From IMG/VR virus record IMGVR_UViG_3300036944_000550, positions 1 through 64,000 of that record: a DNA stretch of 64,000 nt. One strand, given 5' to 3'. The DNA is from a virus. Position 1 is the first letter of the stretch. Every line of letters begins with the position of its first letter. The notes beneath the pieces are model-generated. The model made no database searches. It was not told the origin of the DNA and saw only the letters and a list, made by a program, of their open reading frames with translations. This document shows positions 58,090-64,000 of the stretch, one piece after another. The position numbers and the translations under genes were made by a program.

Positions 58090-61000
58090 TTACCAAGGAG
58101 TGAATTTACCAGGACTTATAATTTTAGTACTACCATTAGACTGTAATTTAGCGGTTCCGTTCGCAGTTCCGCTTCGTTTCTGTCCATTGTAAAGAACCCA
58201 ACCAATATGAATCCATGCTGTTTTTCCACTCGCAGTTTCTAAGAGAATTTGATCACATTTCGGTAAAGAAGTTGCAATGTAATTTGCGATTTCAATCATC
58301 TTTTTACGATTATCTGCAAATCCCCACTGAATATCTACTGCGGCATATCTATGTGCACTTTTCGTATCATGTCGGAAACCAGAGTTGATTCTAAAACCTG
58401 GATATCTTTCTCTCAATGGTTCTAGGATGTTCAAGCACAAACATCTATAATTTTGAATAATATCCCATTGACTGATTACACCCGACCCACCCTTCAAAGA
58501 TCTTGGATATGAAATAAATTGACTCAACTTACGAGGGTAGAATGCCTTTGAAAAGAAATCATCCAAAACATAATTATCAGACAATTGAATGTTGCCTGAA
58601 ATTTTACCACCACCAAGTGCAGGCATTGGTTTCTTAGTTTTGTAGAAGATATTACATCCAGGAATAGCATCAGGAACCTTGCCGAAATCACCAGTTACCG
58701 CAGAACTACCATCATCTGCCGCTGTTCCTGGACCTCCTGGTTGCGATGGATCTGACTTATCGACACAATCTTCAGTACCACTATCTGGTTCATCTGGTAC
58801 GTCATTCTCAGTATTATCCGGAACACCTTGTGATCCACCACTTACGTTTGCTGCTGCAGCACCGCCGACATATTGTGATTTACCAGTTACAGATTTACTG
58901 ACAGGTTTTTCAACAGTCTTGATAGTTGACAATGGAGCAGCGACTGCACATACAGCTTCTGCAGCAGAAGCTGGTTCGGTCACAGATGCCGTTGTAGTTC
59001 CAGCAACTGGTAGATTATGTGTACTTCCACCATTGGTGCCAGTGTCTGTTCCAGTTGCCCGAAGATTGGTACTACCAGCATTCAGAGTTGTTACATTTAC
59101 TGTGGTTACGTCAAGAGTTGGAGTGTCAATCGGCGAAGAAGTTACAAGAGGTGCCTTTAGACTGATATTACCTGCACCTTCAACATTAACAGCAGCACCA
59201 GATTTTATTTCAGTTGCTGCACCTGATTTAGTTTTTATTGCTGCATCAGTGCATAAGTTTGTATCGCCTGTTGAATGATTGAAGAATGACCCTGCCGATT
59301 TAATATGAGTATCCGCTTTAGAGGTGACATTAACACCTGCATCAGAGGTCAAATTAAACTTGCCTGTGACATCGGTTGTGAAATTGCCTTTCGAATCAAT
59401 GTCGATATCACCAACATTTTCTAGAGACATTAATCCACCATTTCTTGCATAAATTCCATCGGCAACAGATAATGATAATCTACCCGCGATGTTAACGTCG
59501 ACATCATTATGAATGTCCATAGAGACTTTACCATGCATTGTCAAATTTGTGTCGCTCATGATGATCACATTACAGTTTCCAGCAACGTGCACATTCGCCA
59601 TACCTTCTATTAAAATGTATCCATTCTTGTCTAGAATTGTGTATCCATCACCAACAATCTTAGTTACTTTGGTTCCGTTCGGTCCAATCTCGTCAAATGT
59701 TCCGGATCTATGTGCCCAGTTAAGTCTTTCAGAACCAGGAGTGTCATCAATTTCCATAGCATGACCTGATTCAGAACCAAACACTTTATTGAATGGATAT
59801 TGTGCATTATATGGTGATTCTGGTTGCGCCCAAGTAACACCATTTCTGCCTGCTGTTTGGACTTCACGTTTTCGAGATGCATTTCTTGCAGCAGGGGATG
59901 CTCCTGCGCTTAATGTTTCCCTATTCCCCGAAGAACTCTTAGGACTCTTACCAATTTGGGGAGAGTTTACACCTGTTGCTAACGGATTTGTATCAGGTTT
60001 ATTTACTGATGATCTTAATGGATATACGCTGGTAGGATCTTTAAACCCCTTCGTGTCATCTTGTTGAGATGCAGGCAATACATCTGTGTTTTTGGGTTGA
60101 TTGTTTGATCTGAAAGTATCAATTGAATTGTCAGTATTAACTTGGTCGCTTACTGCAGCATTTTGTACCTGAGTTGATGGTGTGAATGATACATCGGGTT
60201 CTTCTGGTTTGACTTCAAGTGCTATCTTCTCAGATGTTGTTTCTTTAGTTCGCAGAGTTCCATCTGCATTCACAGTTTCAACAACAGTAGTCTTAGTTCC
60301 ATCAGGATTAGTTATTGCTGTTGTTGTTATGGTGTTACCAGCAGCGTCGAAAATTGATGTTATTGTTGGATCAATAATATTGAGTTGTTTTTTAATTGGA
60401 GCAATATCTGTTTCAAAAGAATCAACAATCTGCGTCTTTGCAGATTGTAGAAGTTGGTATTTTTCTTCAAGTCCAGTAATTTTTGCTGCTTGAATTACTT
60501 TATCTAATTGTGCAGTAAGACTTGTGATAGACACTGGTCTTGATACTGCAATTTCTTTACCATCATATAAAAATCTGCCTGCAATATCAGTTCCTGCTGC
60601 TACATATTCTATTACGAGACTTCCAATAGTATTTTCTACTGCCGCCAACCCACCTTCGATTGGAGGCAGAACAGGAACATCTGGTTTCGCCACACTAATT
60701 TCTAATGGGGTAGCAGTAACAGAGTTATACCCAATGTCATACCAATACTTTGATGTAATACCTGAAGTATCTTTTTTGATAATACCATTAGCATAATTTG
60801 CTGCAGTATCATAGTTGATACATAATGCTACTGATAGTAATCCAGCAACAATATCCTTATCAGTTGAATCGTTTATTATTCTTGCATTATACAGCAGACT
60901 GTAAATGAAATTTAAATAAGCATATGCGATTTCGTCTTGGTATGATTTATTTGAAAGGATGTCAAATGCTGTTTCTATGCGTACATTGACAGGAATTCCA

Positions 61001-61410
61001 GTAAGCGCATAAGTCAAGAAATAATATTGGGCGCTATTTTTTGCTTCGATTTTAGATTCAGCAAAATCTAACTGGGTACCATATTTTTCTTTTGCTGCTT
61101 CATAGTATGATTTTCGTGTTTCTAACTTTTCTGGACCCTCTGGGCGATCAATTAATGTATTGTCAATATAATCTCTAGCAAGGATACCAAGCCAACTCGC
61201 ATCAATTAGTTGATTGATTGTTAATCTGTATGCACCATACTCGCCACCATCGTGAACCTTCGACCATATATCCTTGCTTCCTGCTACAGGATATTGCTCT
61301 TTGATTGCATTCTGGCACGCAATAAGAAGTTTTGAGATATCTTCTGGAGTCAAACTCCCAATATCTGTGCTAAAACTTTCTAATGTAGTTTCATATGTCA
61401 TAGTAATCAT
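58090..61410 (-). CDS. gp5 C-terminal part: central spike beta-helix plus C-terminal peptidase M15-like domain
   Basis: YPFNKV..SESGH.MEIDDTPGSERL..AHRSGTF.EI, beta-helix repeats, then LSDNY.L..INSGFR..H..AVDI..WIHIG. Confidence 0.82.
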   Translation of the reverse strand: MITMTYETTLESFSTDIGSLTPEDISKLLIACQNAIKEQYPVAGSKDIWSKVHDGGEYGAYRLTINQLIDASWLGILARDYIDNTLIDRPEGPEKLETRKSYYEAAKEKYGTQLDFAESKIEAKNSAQYYFLTYALTGIPVNVRIETAFDILSNKSYQDEIAYAYLNFIYSLLYNARIINDSTDKDIVAGLLSVALCINYDTAANYANGIIKKDTSGITSKYWYDIGYNSVTATPLEISVAKPDVPVLPPIEGGLAAVENTIGSLVIEYVAAGTDIAGRFLYDGKEIAVSRPVSITSLTAQLDKVIQAAKITGLEEKYQLLQSAKTQIVDSFETDIAPIKKQLNIIDPTITSIFDAAGNTITTTAITNPDGTKTTVVETVNADGTLRTKETTSEKIALEVKPEEPDVSFTPSTQVQNAAVSDQVNTDNSIDTFRSNNQPKNTDVLPASQQDDTKGFKDPTSVYPLRSSVNKPDTNPLATGVNSPQIGKSPKSSSGNRETLSAGASPAARNASRKREVQTAGRNGVTWAQPESPYNAQYPFNKVFGSESGHAMEIDDTPGSERLNWAHRSGTFDEIGPNGTKVTKIVGDGYTILDKNGYILIEGMANVHVAGNCNVIIMSDTNLTMHGKVSMDIHNDVDVNIAGRLSLSVADGIYARNGGLMSLENVGDIDIDSKGNFTTDVTGKFNLTSDAGVNVTSKADTHIKSAGSFFNHSTGDTNLCTDAAIKTKSGAATEIKSGAAVNVEGAGNISLKAPLVTSSPIDTPTLDVTTVNVTTLNAGSTNLRATGTDTGTNGGSTHNLPVAGTTTASVTEPASAAEAVCAVAAPLSTIKTVEKPVSKSVTGKSQYVGGAAAANVSGGSQGVPDNTENDVPDEPDSGTEDCVDKSDPSQPGGPGTAADDGSSAVTGDFGKVPDAIPGCNIFYKTKKPMPALGGGKISGNIQLSDNYVLDDFFSKAFYPRKLSQFISYPRSLKGGSGVISQWDIIQNYRCLCLNILEPLRERYPGFRINSGFRHDTKSAHRYAAVDIQWGFADNRKKMIEIANYIATSLPKCDQILLETASGKTAWIHIGWVLYNGQKRSGTANGTAKLQSNGSTKIISPGKFTPW

Positions 61411-61413
61411 TGG

Positions 61414-62370
61414 TTAAACCTTATACTTGTTTTTATAGAAGGCAAATTTATTTTTTCTGTCGGGGAGTCCAGTATCACCACCATTGATCTGTTGTGTTAC
61501 ATAATTGATATCATTCCATTTATTATTTTTACCAATTTTTGCTCTTTCCTTATTGAAATACCAAATAATAAGTTCTGCAGCAATTTCTTTTTGCGCAACT
61601 AACTCTGGGTTATTTACTAAATCTTTTCCAATGTATTTTCCTGCGTTTCTGTAAGCAGATTTCCATGTGTGCTGTAGAAATCCTCTTCCTCTATATTTTG
61701 AACCATCGCCTGCAGTAGTATTACCATACTGTCTGGCTCTGGTAGGATTATCTCCAGTGATATCATATTTTAGAAAATAACTTTCTTTTCCTACTTCTTT
61801 TAATTTTCTAAAACCGCCTGTTTCATGATTACATTGTGCCATAATCATCGCCTTGGCGATTGGAGTATACCCATTTATTTTTTTGCCATTAAGATCTAAC
61901 CAAGCTTCTAACCAAGACTCTACATTTTTTGCGTCGCCAGAAGGTTGAACCACATCACCAATATCACCACCAGAATCAGAGTTCCCGCTACCTGTTGCAG
62001 CATCACCAGAAGATCCAGATCCTTCGCTCGGAGAACAATCATTTGAATTTAATCCTCCTGGAATAGCACCAACTGTTCCAAAAAACATAGGGTGCTGTCC
62101 ATTCTCACCGTCAGCAAAAAATCCAACTACCCATGAACCTTCGACTGCACCTGTAGGAGACCATCCAACACCCGAAGTTCCTGCTGAGTTGGCAGGCATT
62201 ATTGGCATCGCCCAAGGAAGTTCTTCCGTTGGTAAACCAATATTATCTTCTGTGTGGTAACCAATAATTCTTACACGACATCTACCCAAACGTAATGGAT
62301 CGTTGCGATCTTCGACAACCCCAAACCACCAATAGAAGTTTGCATTATTATTAGATGTAATATTATCCAT
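61414..62370 (-). CDS. gp5: gp5 N-terminal OB-fold fused to a glycoside hydrolase family 19 domain
   Basis: WWFGVVEDRNDPLRLGRCRVRI.GYH..LPWA..GSWVVGFF.D; then AQCNHETGGF, DG.KYRGRGFLQ.T, INGG..GL.DR. Confidence 0.88.
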   Translation of the reverse strand: MDNITSNNNANFYWWFGVVEDRNDPLRLGRCRVRIIGYHTEDNIGLPTEELPWAMPIMPANSAGTSGVGWSPTGAVEGSWVVGFFADGENGQHPMFFGTVGAIPGGLNSNDCSPSEGSGSSGDAATGSGNSDSGGDIGDVVQPSGDAKNVESWLEAWLDLNGKKINGYTPIAKAMIMAQCNHETGGFRKLKEVGKESYFLKYDITGDNPTRARQYGNTTAGDGSKYRGRGFLQHTWKSAYRNAGKYIGKDLVNNPELVAQKEIAAELIIWYFNKERAKIGKNNKWNDINYVTQQINGGDTGLPDRKNKFAFYKNKYKV

Positions 62371-63946
62371 TGTTCACTTCTTCCACTTCATAAATTTCTT
62401 GCGCATACGAATCTTTGGAAATCTCTAAAAACATTGTATGTCTTAACGGAGATATTTGATGATGTATTGCAGTTATCATATAAATTCCTGATACAAATTT
62501 ATCCCATATTAATGCTTCGGAATCATCTTTAGTCTTTTCGCCGACTGATGGATAGTACAAGTTAATTAATCTACCAACTTCGGCATCTGTTCTCCCAGGA
62601 ACTGTTATTTGCATTCGCAACGTAGTTAAATCCATTAGAGAACTATTTCTTTGTGAAATAAAATTCTCTGGGTGTAAATCAACCGAATCCTCAGTTGAAT
62701 CTAACACTCCAGGATTTACCGTAGATACGAATGGTTTATTATCTGAAGAGCGCAAAACATTAATTGGAAAAATCATTTTGTATTTTTTAGATGAATTTTC
62801 AGTTTCGGTATCCAAAGAATATTTACCTGTTGTCACATCATACGTTCCATCTTCCATGTGAGCATATTCTCTATAGTTAAACCCATGATCATAATAGTAT
62901 GACTTGTAATCTTTCTTAACCATATCAAAAGAATGCACAGTACTAGCAAAATGCCCTAAGTCTTGACTTTGAATTATATCTAAATTTGTAATAAATTCTA
63001 GTGCCTCGATTGTTTGAAATCCTTTGGTCAACGAGGAAACTCTATCAAGATTCTGCAGATTAGTATTATATACGAACGCTGAATATATGTCACCGTTTTC
63101 TAACTGATTTGCTACAAGACTTTCTATTGATGCAAAATAAAACGCTTTCGTTGTTTCAAAGAATAAAAATGTTGGAGATTTATGTTTTAGACCAATTGAT
63201 CGTTTCGCTAACCAATTTAAGCACTGGATTGGTGTCCACATAGGAGATACAAATGTTATATGCGAATCGTGTGGTGTATCTGCGATAAAGAATTCTGTTA
63301 ATGCTGTTTCAGTAGAAATTTGTACTCCATCAACTGTTTGATTGTTGGCAATTCCAGATTCCTCAGAACCTGCACTATCTGCGATATTTTTATTTGTAAA
63401 AAATCGTGGCGATTTCATGTTCTCCGTGAAAATCTCAGCAGCAATTTCGTCAGTTGTTCCTTCAAATTTTTTACATACTTTAGTTACATTATCTGAAGAT
63501 GCTTCAAGCGAGCAAAAAAACAATTCATAATATTGCTCTCTGTCATTATTCAGTTTACGATTCTTTACTGAATACACCGAGAAAGATTTCTGAATCTTAT
63601 TGATTGGATCGAAGGTTCCGAGATTACTTGTCGTGTTTCCGCCCAACCCTCCCCATGGAGTTTGAATATCAACAGTAAGAATTTCATCACCAACAATAGG
63701 CAATCTTCCAATAAGGTTAAGAGAGTCGCGTATAACTACGGAACCATTTAGTGTCGGGGAAAAAATATCTTCATATAAATTTATTTCCATCATAAATGGT
63801 TTTAAATCTAATGGTTGCTCTGCAGAGATCACAGTCAAGTCAAGTGATGTAATAATTACATCTCCTGGTTTTGCCAATGTATCACTGACTGCTGTTGTCT
63901 TTTTAGATGATACAGATTTACTTGGATCTGCTGTTGGTTCTACCAT
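62363..63946 (-). CDS. baseplate hub / tail protein (gp27-like position)
   Basis: INLYEDIFSP.L.G...D..NL..LPIVG.E, FLFFET..F.F.S, VPG..VG, SG.Y.ITAIHH. Confidence 0.7.
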   Translation of the reverse strand: MVEPTADPSKSVSSKKTTAVSDTLAKPGDVIITSLDLTVISAEQPLDLKPFMMEINLYEDIFSPTLNGSVVIRDSLNLIGRLPIVGDEILTVDIQTPWGGLGGNTTSNLGTFDPINKIQKSFSVYSVKNRKLNNDREQYYELFFCSLEASSDNVTKVCKKFEGTTDEIAAEIFTENMKSPRFFTNKNIADSAGSEESGIANNQTVDGVQISTETALTEFFIADTPHDSHITFVSPMWTPIQCLNWLAKRSIGLKHKSPTFLFFETTKAFYFASIESLVANQLENGDIYSAFVYNTNLQNLDRVSSLTKGFQTIEALEFITNLDIIQSQDLGHFASTVHSFDMVKKDYKSYYYDHGFNYREYAHMEDGTYDVTTGKYSLDTETENSSKKYKMIFPINVLRSSDNKPFVSTVNPGVLDSTEDSVDLHPENFISQRNSSLMDLTTLRMQITVPGRTDAEVGRLINLYYPSVGEKTKDDSEALIWDKFVSGIYMITAIHHQISPLRHTMFLEISKDSYAQEIYEVEEVNNG

Positions 63947-63952
63947 TATTAA

Positions 63953-64000
63953 TTACCTACTAATCAAACTCGAGTATAGAGATACGAATTCTGCCAAATA
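63953..64000 (-). CDS. 3' end of the upstream baseplate gene (possibly gp53), truncated by the window
   Basis: Open frame YLAEFVSLYSSLISR-stop; position upstream of the hub and gp5. Confidence 0.4.
   Translation of the reverse strand, partial: YLAEFVSLYSSLISR

Noticed and set aside
1-64000. tRNA or rRNA genes
   Set aside because: Intergenic gaps are short and no cloverleaf with a T-loop GTTCGA in proper context was recognised by eye; a tRNAscan run would be decisive

Overview
A 64 kb segment of a T4-like (myovirus) dsDNA phage, probably from an aquatic, likely alphaproteobacterial host (host is inference). Almost all genes are on the minus strand. From left to right it holds: (1) an early/auxiliary block with sigma70-type promoters (CobS/MoxR AAA ATPase, peptidase-VWA partner, secreted small protein, HAD phosphatase, ClpP-like protease, peptide deformylase); (2) gp46/gp47, late sigma factor gp55, UvsW, UvsY; (3) the conserved head/tail/packaging module gp3, gp23, gp22, gp21, gp20, gp19, gp18, gp17, gp16, gp15, gp14, gp13; (4) a cluster of modular fibre/appendage genes sharing N- and C-terminal motifs; (5) a protein/glycan modification island (five glycosyltransferase-like genes, two methyltransferase-like genes, one 2OG-Fe(II) oxygenase-like gene); (6) two paralogous proteins, each with a 300-400 aa aromatic/Gly tetrapeptide repeat arranged as a mirror image around an exactly central turn; (7) baseplate genes (DUF4815/VrlC-like giant, gp8, gp7-like, gp6, gp25, a split gp5 with GH19 and M15 domains, a hub protein). 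The most unusual element is the pair of mirror-symmetric, sequon-rich hairpin proteins beside the modification island, a candidate virion-fibre glycosylation system. No tRNA, CRISPR array, integrase or reverse transcriptase was seen. All calls come from motif recognition and synteny by eye, with no database searches.
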